From contig CAXXKJ010000002.1 in NCBI GenBank assembly GCA_963675295.2, positions 1,504,001-1,568,000 of the forward strand: a stretch of 64,000 nt of DNA. The letters are read 5' to 3'. The notes beneath the pieces are model-generated. The model was not told where the DNA came from, made no database searches, and worked only from the letters and a program-made list of their open reading frames with translations. The DNA comes from a bacterium. GTDB lineage: Bacteria > Electryoneota > Electryoneia > Electryoneales > Electryoneaceae. How positions within the stretch are numbered: the first letter of the stretch is position 1; every line of letters begins with the position of its first letter. The position numbers and the translations under genes were made by a program. Shown piece by piece: positions 38,347 to 51,460 of the stretch.

Positions 38347-38555
38347 GTCTCTGGTCTCTTGTCTTTCGTCTCTCGGGAAGGCCGCATAGGACGCCGGTCC
38401 TTCGAGTGACGTTGATCCCGAAGTGCGAGCACGTCGGGGCACACGCTAATCTCTGGTCTCTTGTCTTTCGTCTCTCGGGAAGGTCGCGTCCGGCAGATCT
38501 CGACGCGGGTCTTTCGAGTGACGTTAATCCCGACGTGCGAGCACGTCGGGGCACT
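38347..38555. repeat. Two ~105-bp tandem units, each with degenerate heptamers and a REP-like hairpin
   Basis: TCTCTGGTCTCTTGTCTTTCGTCTCTCGGGAAGG...TTCGAGTGACGTT.ATCCCGA.GTGCGAGCACGTCGGGGCAC occurs twice. Confidence 0.85.
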
Positions 38556-38624
38556 CACCTATGGCTGCTATTCTACTGCAGTCCGCAGTTACCGATTTCC
38601 AACTACCGGCAACCGTTAACCGTC

Positions 38625-39974
38625 TTAGACAAACATCGCCATCGGATTCTCGAGGGCCTTGCAGATCCAGTCGAGGAAGCGGGATGCGTCCGCGCCGTCC
38701 ACGACGCGATGATCGTACGACAGGGTCAGGGGCAGCACGGTGCATGGTTGCCACTGCTCGTCAATCCAGCGCGGTTCGAACAGCGACCGGGAGAGGCCGA
38801 GGATCGCGACCTGCGGCGGGTTGACGATCGGCGTGAACCATTCGCCGCCAATCGAGCCCTGGTTCGAGATGGTGAAGCTGCCACCTTCCATGTCCGCCGG
38901 GCCGAGTTTCTTCGCGCGGGCTTTGCTGCTGATCTCGCCGAGATCGTTCGCCAGTTGCACGAGGTCTTTCTGGTCAACGTCCCGGATTACCGGCACCACC
39001 AGCCCACGGTCAGTGTCCACCGCGATGCTCATGTGGATGTAGTCACGGAAGATGATCTCGCCGGCGTCCATATCAATCGCGGCGTTGAAGTTCGGGAACT
39101 TCTTCAGCGCCTCAGCGGCGATTTTCATCACGATCGCGGTCGGTGTCAGCTTGACATCCTGCTTCGCGAAGTGCTTTCCGTATTGTGCGCGGAACTTTTC
39201 GAGCTCGGTGATGTCGGCCTTCTGGAACTGGGTCACCTGCGGCACAAGGGCGTTGGCGCGGGCCATCGCTTCGGCGGTCAGCTGACGCAGTTTGCTCATC
39301 GGCTCATGCCGCACCGGCCCGAACTGGCTCAGGTCGGGCATGGTGTAAGCGATGGAAGTCGAATGCTCGATCACGTTCTTCGCGTGCTGCTTGACGTCGT
39401 CCTCGAGGATACGTCCGCGCGGACCGCTGCCGGCGACGTCATACAGGTCGATGCCCAGCTCACGGGCGAGCTTGCGCACGGCGGGACCGGCCGGGATCGG
39501 ATCACCTTCACGGTCCTTGCGTGGAGCGGGCTTCGATGCCTGTGCGGCTGGACGTGACGGCACCGGAGCGGGCTTCGACTCCTGCGCTGGTGGCTCAGGT
39601 TCGGCTTTCGCCGGGACGTCGTCCTGTTCGGCTTCGGGTTCGTCCGCCGGTTCGTCTTTGGCTTCCGGCTGCGAATCGGGTTCCTCGGTATCCTCGGACT
39701 TCTCAGCCTTGTCGTCAGACTTCGCGGAGTCGACGGCTTCGGTGTCGAGTTTCATCACGACGTCGCCGACGTTAACCGTATCGCCTTCCTTGATCAGGAT
39801 TTCGCTGATCGTTCCGGCGGACGGCGCGGGCAGTTCGACCACAGCCTTGTCGGTTTCCAGCTCGAGCAATCCCTGGTCGATTTCGACGGTATCGCCCACC
39901 TTGACGAGGATCGAGGCTACATCGCCCTTCTCCACGTTTTCTGAGATTTCCGGGACGCGAACGTCTTGTATCAT
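38625..39974 (-). CDS. aceF: Dihydrolipoamide acetyltransferase (E2), single lipoyl domain
   Basis: ETDKAVVE lipoyl motif, PAVRKLARELG E3-binding domain, DHRVVDGA. Confidence 0.93.
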   Translation of the reverse strand: MIQDVRVPEISENVEKGDVASILVKVGDTVEIDQGLLELETDKAVVELPAPSAGTISEILIKEGDTVNVGDVVMKLDTEAVDSAKSDDKAEKSEDTEEPDSQPEAKDEPADEPEAEQDDVPAKAEPEPPAQESKPAPVPSRPAAQASKPAPRKDREGDPIPAGPAVRKLARELGIDLYDVAGSGPRGRILEDDVKQHAKNVIEHSTSIAYTMPDLSQFGPVRHEPMSKLRQLTAEAMARANALVPQVTQFQKADITELEKFRAQYGKHFAKQDVKLTPTAIVMKIAAEALKKFPNFNAAIDMDAGEIIFRDYIHMSIAVDTDRGLVVPVIRDVDQKDLVQLANDLGEISSKARAKKLGPADMEGGSFTISNQGSIGGEWFTPIVNPPQVAILGLSRSLFEPRWIDEQWQPCTVLPLTLSYDHRVVDGADASRFLDWICKALENPMAMFV

Positions 39975-40004
39975 GGTTCGTCCTATCGTTTACCCATCCC
40001 GCAT

Positions 40005-42686
<2,682 letters not shown>

Positions 42687-42954
42687 GGGACAGCTCCTGG
42701 TTAGTCGAAATCACGCCTGCGATATTGCGGCAGGCGTCAATGAAAGACAGCTGTGTCTGCAAAATGTTAGGCGCTGCAAAGATAGGGAATCCGCACGTAC
42801 CGCGCGAGTGCTTTCTGCAGGTTGGAGATCCCTCCAATGCCTGAAATTGCAATGCTGTAGCTTGGATGCGGCTAAAATGGAAGGGATGTCTAACACATCT
42901 CCCCGAGCAATCATGGGTTCAAGTGGTATCAGTTAGGTGATGCTTGCGCGGTTC

Positions 42955-44457
42955 TCAGTCACCCCGGCTGAGACGCAGCCCACGCGGGACAAGCAGGCGT
43001 TCGATCAGGTTGAACAGCAGTTGGGTGAGAATCGCCAGTCCGGCAGCGGGAAGGGCGCCTTCGAGGATCAGGCCGTAATCATCCAGCCGGATGCCGGTGA
43101 GGATCGGCTGGCCATACCCGCCGGCGCCGATCAATGCGCTGAGCGTGGCGAAGCCAATGGTGATCACGGCGGAGGTTTTTACTCCGGCGAGGATGGACGG
43201 GCTTGCCAGCGGCAGGTCAACGTGCAGCAGGCGGTCACGTGGACTCAGGCCCAGCGCCTCCGCCGACTAGCGCAGGCTCGGTGGGATGGAGGTCAGGCCG
43301 GAGTGGGTGTTCCGCACCATCGGCAGCAGGCTGTAGAGGAACAGCGCGGCGATAGCGGGCGGGGCAGCAATGCCGAGCAGAGGGATCATGAACACCAGCA
43401 GTGCCAGCGAGGGGATGGTCTGAATGATGCCGACGGTGCCGAGGATGATTGCTCCGGCGGCGGCGTTGCGTGCGGCGAGAATGCCGAGCGGAATCGCGAC
43501 GAGTATCCCCAGCAGCATCGCGACACCGACCAGGGTCAGGTGCTCGAGCGTGGTGGTCCAGAGGCGGGACGCGAGGGTCGATTCCTCGAACTCAACCGTT
43601 TCGCCGAATTCAGCCTCGAGGAACGATGCCGCGACCGCGATTTCGGTTTCGCCATCGAGTTTGACGCGTTTATTGAGTGCGCGCATACGGTCGGCGTCAA
43701 ATCGTCCCGCCAGCTCATTGAGCGTGCGGATCGCTTCGGGCGGCAGGTCGGCACGGTACAGGTAGACGGCGTCGTAAGTGGTGAAATGGGCGCGATCATC
43801 CTCGAGCACGGCGAGGTTGTAGTACGCGATCTCGGCGTCGGTGGAGTACAGATCCATCACGTCAATGGATCCGGCCGCGAGGGCACGGTAGGCTAAGTCG
43901 TGGTCCATGCCGGTGACGTCGTCCGGGTTGAGCGAATAGGCGTCACGGAGGCTCGGCCAACCGTCACCACGGTTGAGGAACTCATTGGTGAAACCGTACC
44001 GTAGCTCGGGATGATTACGGAGATCGGAGATGGTCGCAATGTCCAGCTCGCGGGCTTTCTCCGGGGTCATGCCGAGAGCGTAGGTGTTGTTGAAGCCGAG
44101 CGGCACGGTCATGCCCAGCCCGCGTTCGGCGAGCGCGGCACGGATCGCGTCCAGCGTGGGCAACTCGAGATTACGCAGAATTTCTTGCCGGATGGTGCCG
44201 GTGTAGTCGGGGTAGATGTCAATGTCACCGCTGTGCAGCGCGTTGAACAGCACCCTCGTACCGCCAAGTTCACGCTGGTGCACGGTGTTTAATCCGGCGT
44301 GTTCCAGTTGTAGCGTGGAGATCTCGCCGAGGATGACCGACTCGGTGAATTTCTTCGAACCAACACGGATCGGATTGTCCTGCGCGACGGCGGCGGAGGC
44401 AACCAACATCGTCGCGATCAGGCACAGGGTGAGGAGAAGCAGCCGGTTTCGTTTCAT
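42955..44457 (-). pseudogene. Fused osmoprotectant (glycine betaine/choline) ABC substrate-binding and permease gene with internal TAG
   Basis: GSKKFTES and FNNTYAL binding domain plus permease. In-frame TAG at 43267-43269 within IPPSLR*SAEALGL; the frame continues to GAGGYG...EGALPAA and a stop at 42955. Confidence 0.85.
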
Positions 44458-45200
44458 CGTCCGCCCTCCGGCACCTGGTGGGCGCGTTGGGCACGGATGA
44501 ATTCGCTGACAAACGGGTCAGCGGGGTTGGCTATCATCTCAGCCAGCGAACCGCGTTGCAGGATGCGGCCGTCCCGCATCAGCACGATGTCCTCGCTGAA
44601 GAACGCGGCTTCGGCGAGATCATGGGTGACCAGCACGATGGTCTTGCTGAGTTCGCGGAACATGTCGCGGAGTTCGTCCTGCAGCGAGGAACGGACCAGC
44701 GGGTCGAGTGCGCCGAGGGGTTCGTCCAGCAGCAGCACGTCTGGGTCGAGCAACAGTGCGCGCATCAGGGCGACACGTTGCCGTTGCCCGCCGGAGAGTT
44801 CGTAGGGGTAACGGGCGAGCGCGTCTTCAGGGAAATGGGTCAGCTCGCGCAGGCTGGCGAGACGGTCGTTGATCCATGGTTGCGGCTTGCGCAGTCGTTT
44901 CGCGAGCAACGTGATGTTCCCGGCGGCGGTGAGGTGCGGGAACAGGCCGCCGTCCTGGATGACGTACCCGATCCGGTGCCGGATGGCACGGATGCGGTCG
45001 ACAGTGAGCGGTTGGCCGTCGAAGCTGACGCTGCCCGCGTCCGGCTGCAACAGGCCGAGGAACTGCCGCAGCAGGGTGGACTTGCCGCAGCCGCTGGGAC
45101 CAATCAGGACCGTCAGCGACCCACGCGGCACCTCGAGGCTGATGTCCACGAGCACCGGCTGATTGTTGAAACGCTTTATCAGGTTGCGGCAGCGAAGCAT
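44454..45200 (-). CDS. Osmoprotectant ABC transporter ATP-binding protein
   Basis: GPSGCGKST, IGYVIQDGGLFPH, LSGGQRQR, LLDEP. Confidence 0.93.
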   Translation of the reverse strand: MLRCRNLIKRFNNQPVLVDISLEVPRGSLTVLIGPSGCGKSTLLRQFLGLLQPDAGSVSFDGQPLTVDRIRAIRHRIGYVIQDGGLFPHLTAAGNITLLAKRLRKPQPWINDRLASLRELTHFPEDALARYPYELSGGQRQRVALMRALLLDPDVLLLDEPLGALDPLVRSSLQDELRDMFRELSKTIVLVTHDLAEAAFFSEDIVLMRDGRILQRGSLAEMIANPADPFVSEFIRAQRAHQVPEGGR

Positions 45201-45275
45201 GGGGGTATGATACGGGATGCGGGGGACGCTTGCAGGGAATTATCATGGTTGACCAAGCGTCCTTGAGCGGAACAA

Positions 45276-46286
45276 CTAGCGCCGAACGCGCCTGCGGCGC
45301 TGTCGTTTGCGGCGTTGCCGGAGGATGGCGAACCGTTTCGCGAAATCGTTAAGCAGCGGGATGCCGTAGGTCTGGCCGACTCCGACCAGTGCACCGGCAA
45401 GCAGGGCGGCGACGGCAGAATCGCGTTTCACCAACGGACGTATCGAGAAGCCGACGCCGAAGGTGACGACCAGTCCGGTCGCCCCCTGGATGATGCGGCG
45501 TTTGCCCTTGGGTGAATCGATCACGAACCGTTTCTGCCCGGACATGTCGTGCCCGACCGCCAGACCGCCGGCGACACCGAGTGGGAACGCGGCGAGCGGG
45601 GTGCCGGTGACGACTCCGAGGATGGACAGCGCAAGCGCGAGGGTCGCGCTGCGCGGGCCGCGCGGCGAATTGTCCCACCAGTGCTGGAACCGTTGCTCAT
45701 ACACTTTCACCCCGGCGAGGGTGCCGATTCCGAGCAGCGCCCCGGCGATAATGTCGCGCGGGTAGTGGACTCCGAGATATACCCGTGACAAGGGAATGCT
45801 GGTCGCGACCGCGAGGCCGGTGGCCTGCAGCCACGTGTTTGGCGTGCGCATGGCGAGGAACAGGCCGAGCGCGACGGCGTTCTGGGCGTGTCCGCTGGGG
45901 AAGGTGAAATCGCCCGGCGCGACGAACGCGAGGTCATGGCGCGCGGCTTGCGGCGGACGCGGAAAGCGGAACCGTGCCTTGACCAGCTGGTTGATGAACA
46001 CCGACGGCAGGATCACGGCGGACAGGGTGTTTGCCGTGCGGCGGTCGTGCGCGCTGAACATCATCCCCATGAGCGCAAAGTAGGAGAATTCCGATCCCAG
46101 CGCGGCACAGAACAACGCGCCTGCATCAAGCAGAGGAGTCCGTTTTTCCGCACGCCGGATCGCGGTCACCGGGTCCGCAAGCCAGGGAATGAAGTCGGTT
46201 CCCTCGAACTGGCCGATGCCGAACGGGTCGTCGAGCGGCGGTTGCTCGGGTTGACGGCTGGAAATGTGCAGCAGAGGAAGGTGCAT
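45276..46286 (-). CDS. PAP2-family membrane phosphatase (start uncertain)
   Basis: K.....PRP, FPSGHAQ, SRVYLGVHYPRD. The ORF-track extension to 46544 runs through repeat DNA. Confidence 0.85.
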   Translation of the reverse strand: MHLPLLHISSRQPEQPPLDDPFGIGQFEGTDFIPWLADPVTAIRRAEKRTPLLDAGALFCAALGSEFSYFALMGMMFSAHDRRTANTLSAVILPSVFINQLVKARFRFPRPPQAARHDLAFVAPGDFTFPSGHAQNAVALGLFLAMRTPNTWLQATGLAVATSIPLSRVYLGVHYPRDIIAGALLGIGTLAGVKVYEQRFQHWWDNSPRGPRSATLALALSILGVVTGTPLAAFPLGVAGGLAVGHDMSGQKRFVIDSPKGKRRIIQGATGLVVTFGVGFSIRPLVKRDSAVAALLAGALVGVGQTYGIPLLNDFAKRFAILRQRRKRQRRRRVRR

Positions 46287-46474
46287 CAACCGTGCCGGTG
46301 CTTCGTGAGTGGATTGATCACATCGTTGACCAAAAGGTACACGCAGGGGTGGCACGCGGCAACCGTGCGACGCCGGAACGCCGGACGAGTGAGAAGGGTG
46401 TACCGGGGTGAGAGGAAACCGGGCCGACCATGTGATCATGACCGGCCCTGGGATATGTTCTGACTTTTGTTCAT

Positions 46475-46590
46475 CCCGATCAGCTCGTTTGCGATCGGGG
46501 CATACAACTGTTTGATCCGCGTCTGCAAGCAGACACGGGCACATACCGAATCACCAACTCACCAACTCACCACTCACGAACTCACAACTG
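46475..46590. repeat. Two REP-like hairpins plus degenerate heptamers
   Basis: CCCGATC...GATCGGGGCATAC (46475-46505), TCCGCGTCTGC-AA-GCAGACACGGGCACAT (46516-46544), then CAACTCA-like units up to the stop at 46593. Confidence 0.75.
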
Positions 46591-46592
46591 CT

Positions 46593-49500
46593 TTACTTCA
46601 CCAGCGTCAGTTTGTGGGTGACGTCCAGGTTGTTCGGGCTGACCACACGCAGGAAGTAGACGCCGCTGGTCAGGCGTGACCCGTACAGCGTGAACGTCTG
46701 GTATCCGGCGTTGTAGCTACCATCGGCGAGCCTGCTGACCAGCTGCCCGTTAACGTTGTAGACCTTGACGTTCAGCTCGGCGTTCGCCGGTAAACCGATC
46801 ACGATTTGCGTTTCCGGGTTGAACGGGTTCGGGTACACGCGTGCCAGCTCGAACTTCTGCGGAATGCCGGAGAACTGGGTCTCGGCCACCGAGGTCAGCA
46901 GCACGTTGAAGTTCGCCGGGTCGGAATACTCCCCGGTGTAGTCGCCGCCGTCATTGGCGAGCACGTGCCACGAATAGTCCCCGTTCTCGATGTCCGGCAC
47001 CTGGAAGCTGGTGCTGGTAGTCTCGCCGGAGTGGAACACGTTGCCCGGTTCGACGCCGCTGCCGGTCGCCAGTTCGTAGTAGTAGCCAGACGCGCCGGGG
47101 ACAGCATCCCAGCTGAACTCGACCGGTTCGTTATCGACCGTGCTGCCGTCCGCCGGATCGAGACTCTGCGGCTGCATCAGTTCGGCGGTCAGCATGCCCG
47201 GGCTGTCGGCATAGACCAGCTCGTCGTTCGCTTTGCTGATGCGGATGGTGTAGGTTTCGCCGGCTGTCGCGTTGTCGGTCAGTGCCCAGGCGAAGCTGCC
47301 GTCGCTGGTGGTTTGCGCTTCCAGCATCGGATCCCCGCCGCCGGATGGTACCAGCTGAATCAGGACGTCTTCGTCGAAATTGTCCTGCCAGGTGATGGTG
47401 TGTTCTTCGCCGATCGCCCAATTGACATCAGTGGCCGGCGTCAGGAACGCTACCGCCGGAGTGTTGAGGATCGAGAAGTCGCCGTCGCTGATGTCCTCGA
47501 TGCCCGTGAGTTCAAGAGCGCGGATACGAAGGCGCGCGTTGGTCGTCTCGGCACCGTTCGCCAGCCACTGGATGCTACCCGGGTCCGGGAAGCCCGGAAC
47601 GATGGTTTCCCAGTCGCCGTTCGGGTAGTCACGGTTCAGCTCGAGGGCGACACTGCCTTCGATCGCAACACTCTGCCAGCTGAAGGTGGTGTACATCCCG
47701 AGGGGCAGGATTTCGCCGCCGTTCGGCTGGATGATGGTGATGCTCGGTTCGACGATGGTGAACGCAGCGTCCGACTCATCCGTATACGATGGGTTGTCAA
47801 AGCTGGAGATGCGGACACGGGCGTTGTCCGTCATCGGGCCGGTAACGGTCCACGTTTCCGAGTAATCATTCGGCGTTGCGGCAAACAGCGTCTCCCAATC
47901 GCCGGTCGGGTAGTCACGATTGATCTCGATCATGACGTTTCCGTCAATCCCGAACGATCCCCAGTTGATCGCCTGATCCTCGCCGATCAGCCATTCCTCG
48001 CCGCCGTTCGGACGGGTGAGGGTGATGAACGGATCGGTGCTGACTTCTTCGGCTTCGCTCATCCAGATCCCGCGGCCGTAGGTTGCGGCGACGAGGTTGT
48101 TTGAGTTGGCGTGAAACTCGAGTTCGTTGACGATCACGTTCGGCAGGCCGGTGCTCCAGTTCTGCCAGTTGAGGCCGCCGTCATCGCTGAAGAAGACGCC
48201 GACGTCGGTGCCGATGTAGACGTGATTGCCATCGTACGGGTGCAACGCGACGCAGTTCACCGGCAGGTTCGGCAGGCCGGCGGAGAGGTTGTTCCAGCTT
48301 TCGCCGTAGTCGTAGCTGACAAAGACCTTTTCGTCCGAATCGTAACCGCCGACGGTGACGTAAACAATCGCCTCATTGAACGGATGCACGGCGATGTAGG
48401 TCGCGGGGGATGCGCCGACGCTGTTGATCTCCCAACTATCGCCGAAGTCGGTGGTGACGAGGACTTCGCCGTTCGGGTTGACACCGTAGACGACGTCCGA
48501 GTTGGACGGCGCGACGGCGAGCGCGGTCATTTTGTCGTTGGAACTACCACCGGCGGAGGGGCTCATCGGCGCCCAGGAATCCGCGCGGTTCATCGAACGG
48601 TAGATGCGGTTGGTGCCGAACCACATCACCTCCGGGTTGTTCTGGTCGATCACGTATGGCGTCACCCAGCGGCCATCCTCCATGATCCCGCTGGTGGCAC
48701 TCTGCCAGGAATCACCACCGTTCAACGACCGGCGCATGTCACCGTAGTAAACTTCGCCGAACATGATGTCGGGGTTGTCCGGCGCGATCGCGGCTTCCAT
48801 CCCGTCGCCGCCGATGACGGCGTAGTAATCGTCGCCGTCCATCAGCTTGGTGCCGTTGTCCTGGTTACCGAAGATGATCTTTTCAACGTCCTGCGAGCCC
48901 TGGTAGACACCGAGGCGGTACATCTGCTGCACGACCATGCCGTGGCTGATCTCGGTCCAGTTGTCGCCGCCATCGACGGTACGGTACAGGCCGCCGTCAT
49001 TGCCGTTGTAGAGCACGGGGATGTTGTTCTCGATGTAGAACTCGTGCCGGTGTTGGTCGGCGTGTACGTACGGGCCGGGTCCGTAGTACCAGAATCCGGT
49101 CAGATCCCAACTTGAGCCGCCGTTGGTGGATTTCCACACGTTGATGCCGCCGACATAGACTTCGTTGGCGTTCTGTGGATTGACCGCGAGGGTGAGGTCA
49201 TACCACGCCTGTCCGCCGGAGTCGTTACCGTTCTCGTCCCACCCGAGCAGGTTCGGCTGGTTCGACATCAACGACCACGTGTCGCCGCCGTCAAAACTTT
49301 TATAGAAGCCGTAAAAGCCGTTGCCTGAATTCGAATAGAGGGCATAGACCTGGTCGGGCGCGCCATCCGCGATTTCGACGTTGATGCGGCCGGTGTTGGA
49401 TGCCTGGTAGGGGATACCGTTTGTCAGCGCGGTCCAGTTTTCGCCGTCATCGGTGGAGCGGTAGACGCCGAGCCCGTTCGCCGCGAAGAACCAGGTGTCC

Positions 49501-50330
49501 GGATCAGACGCGGAGTATTCCAGATCGTGCGCGAAGTTTGTTGTGACCGTGTAGACGTTATCCCATGTATCGCCACCGTCAACGGTCTTGTAAATGCCAT
49601 TGCTCGTCGCGGCGATCAGCATCTGGTTGTCCTGCGCGTCCATGAAGACGCGGGAGATGCGTTCGCCGTCGAGCACGTCGTAGCTGAGCCCGGTGGTGTT
49701 CCAGGTCTGGCCGCCGTCGGTGCTCTTGAGAATGCCTACGGAGTAGGTGTCTCTGGCGTCTGCGTCCCCGGTTGCCAGGTACAGCGTGCTGGTGTTGCTG
49801 TGGTCAATGACGATATCACTGACTCCGAGGACGGGCAGGTGATCGGTCAGCGGCACCCAGGAGAACCCGCCGGTCCACGTTTCCCAGAGTCCGCCGGATG
49901 CCGCGCCGGCGTACATGTGGTTGTGGTTGGTCGGGTCTTGCGCCATGCAGTTGACGCGTCCCAAGCCGCCGACGTAACTGCCGGGGATCGGATCAAACGG
50001 GCCGAGCGGCAGCCAGTTGGCTTCGTCCAGCTCGTTGTCCGTGAACATCGCCTGGGTCTGTTCCCAGCCACGCCAGCGCGCGGCGGGATCGAAGTTTCCA
50101 TTTTCATCGAGACGGGTTTCCATGAACCAGCGCCAGCGCTGGAACTGCTTCCAGCCGGTGCCTTTGGCCGGTGTTTTGTCCACCCAGTAGGCGTCAAACG
50201 CGTCGAAGATTTCTTGGATCGTGGGCTCGGTGCTCCGGCCCCGGAATTGTTCCATCCACGGCTGCGCCATGACAGCCGATGCAGCGATGAGTAACGTGAG
50301 CAGTGCGGCGAACCATACACTACGCTTCAT
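46593..50330 (-). CDS. Secreted BNR/Asp-box (VPS10/GH74-like) beta-propeller protein with Ig-like domains and C-terminal sorting domain
   Basis: Signal peptide MKRSVWFAALL; many S.DGG.TW boxes; PNGGE domains; VYPNPFNP...HKLTLVK. Confidence 0.88.
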   Translation of the reverse strand: MKRSVWFAALLTLLIAASAVMAQPWMEQFRGRSTEPTIQEIFDAFDAYWVDKTPAKGTGWKQFQRWRWFMETRLDENGNFDPAARWRGWEQTQAMFTDNELDEANWLPLGPFDPIPGSYVGGLGRVNCMAQDPTNHNHMYAGAASGGLWETWTGGFSWVPLTDHLPVLGVSDIVIDHSNTSTLYLATGDADARDTYSVGILKSTDGGQTWNTTGLSYDVLDGERISRVFMDAQDNQMLIAATSNGIYKTVDGGDTWDNVYTVTTNFAHDLEYSASDPDTWFFAANGLGVYRSTDDGENWTALTNGIPYQASNTGRINVEIADGAPDQVYALYSNSGNGFYGFYKSFDGGDTWSLMSNQPNLLGWDENGNDSGGQAWYDLTLAVNPQNANEVYVGGINVWKSTNGGSSWDLTGFWYYGPGPYVHADQHRHEFYIENNIPVLYNGNDGGLYRTVDGGDNWTEISHGMVVQQMYRLGVYQGSQDVEKIIFGNQDNGTKLMDGDDYYAVIGGDGMEAAIAPDNPDIMFGEVYYGDMRRSLNGGDSWQSATSGIMEDGRWVTPYVIDQNNPEVMWFGTNRIYRSMNRADSWAPMSPSAGGSSNDKMTALAVAPSNSDVVYGVNPNGEVLVTTDFGDSWEINSVGASPATYIAVHPFNEAIVYVTVGGYDSDEKVFVSYDYGESWNNLSAGLPNLPVNCVALHPYDGNHVYIGTDVGVFFSDDGGLNWQNWSTGLPNVIVNELEFHANSNNLVAATYGRGIWMSEAEEVSTDPFITLTRPNGGEEWLIGEDQAINWGSFGIDGNVMIEINRDYPTGDWETLFAATPNDYSETWTVTGPMTDNARVRISSFDNPSYTDESDAAFTIVEPSITIIQPNGGEILPLGMYTTFSWQSVAIEGSVALELNRDYPNGDWETIVPGFPDPGSIQWLANGAETTNARLRIRALELTGIEDISDGDFSILNTPAVAFLTPATDVNWAIGEEHTITWQDNFDEDVLIQLVPSGGGDPMLEAQTTSDGSFAWALTDNATAGETYTIRISKANDELVYADSPGMLTAELMQPQSLDPADGSTVDNEPVEFSWDAVPGASGYYYELATGSGVEPGNVFHSGETTSTSFQVPDIENGDYSWHVLANDGGDYTGEYSDPANFNVLLTSVAETQFSGIPQKFELARVYPNPFNPETQIVIGLPANAELNVKVYNVNGQLVSRLADGSYNAGYQTFTLYGSRLTSGVYFLRVVSPNNLDVTHKLTLVK

Positions 50331-50522
50331 GGTGGACCCTCCTGGTGCGACGAAAAAACCGTATCTCTGCGCCGGGTTAAACCGGCCTTTGTGCTTGCTG
50401 GTGAACCGCCGGTTTGTTGCAGCCGTCCCCGGACAGGGCCGCTGTTCGAAACCGGTACAGACTCCTAATATATACAAAGGGGATGCCAGAACCGGGTGGA
50501 GAGCCCGCTCAGGGGCAACGAC

Positions 50523-51329
50523 CTATGCCGTGAAGAACAACCGGATCACGACAAGGATCAGGAACACGCCGAAGATTTTCTTGTAGCGTGCGGCACCGGC
50601 TTTCTTGTTTAACCACGCTCCCAGCTGCGCGCCGGGAACGGAGGTGATTGCCAGCGAGGCGGCGACCAGCAGGTTGACGTGTCCGATGTAGACACCGTCC
50701 AGCTCCATCGCCGGGGTCTGCATCATGTAGCCGATCGAACCAGCCAGCGCGGCGAAGAGGACGGTACCACTGGAGGTTCCGGCGAGCTTGCCGGTGGCGG
50801 CGTGCGCGATGTACGCCAGCGCCGGGATCAGCACCAGGCCGCCCGCGAGGCCGGTGAGTCCGGCGAACAAGCCGGTGCCCAGCCCCATCAGTAGCCACGC
50901 GAACCACGGCAATTGCCGCATCGGGCCGAGATCGACCCGTTTTTCGGTGAGGAACCGGATCGCGGCGAACAGCAATACCAGCGCCAGCCCTTTCTGCAAC
51001 CACGTGCCGGGAATGTTCACAGCGAGCTGGCTTGCGATCCAAGAACCCGCCATGCTCGCCGGGGCGAGCCACGGGACCACTTTCCAGATCACGTTGCCCT
51101 GCTTGTGGTGCTTGTACGCGGAGGAACTGACGGAGAGGACTCCGACGGTGAGCGAGGTTCCCATCGCGACATGCACGATCAATTCCGGCGGCATGCCCTG
51201 CGCGCGGAACAGCTCGAGCAGCACCGGAACCATGATGACACCGCCGCCGATGCCGATGAACCCGGCGGAAATCCCCACGGCGACACCGATCGCCAGCAAA
51301 GAGAGCACAGTTGTAACATCAATCGGCAT
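50523..51329 (-). CDS. TauE/SafE (TSUP) family permease
   Basis: GFIGIGGGVIMVP, AMGTSL, GLTGLAGGLVLIP; about eight TM helices. Confidence 0.9.
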   Translation of the reverse strand: MPIDVTTVLSLLAIGVAVGISAGFIGIGGGVIMVPVLLELFRAQGMPPELIVHVAMGTSLTVGVLSVSSSAYKHHKQGNVIWKVVPWLAPASMAGSWIASQLAVNIPGTWLQKGLALVLLFAAIRFLTEKRVDLGPMRQLPWFAWLLMGLGTGLFAGLTGLAGGLVLIPALAYIAHAATGKLAGTSSGTVLFAALAGSIGYMMQTPAMELDGVYIGHVNLLVAASLAITSVPGAQLGAWLNKKAGAARYKKIFGVFLILVVIRLFFTA

Positions 51330-51460
51330 CGGGATTTCCTTTCAAATCCAACAATTTGGTCATCAACGAAGTTCGCTCTTGCAAACCACTACTCTGGAGC
51401 GGTTCATTACATCCCTTTGGGGGGAGTGGTTTTGTTTTGACCCAACCTGGAGATGTGGCC

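Noticed and set aside
38339-38554. N-terminal extension of LpdA given in the ORF track
   Set aside because: It is a translation of the duplicated repeat cassette; the conserved protein starts at 38338. The same applies to the MCPCLLADAD start at 46544.
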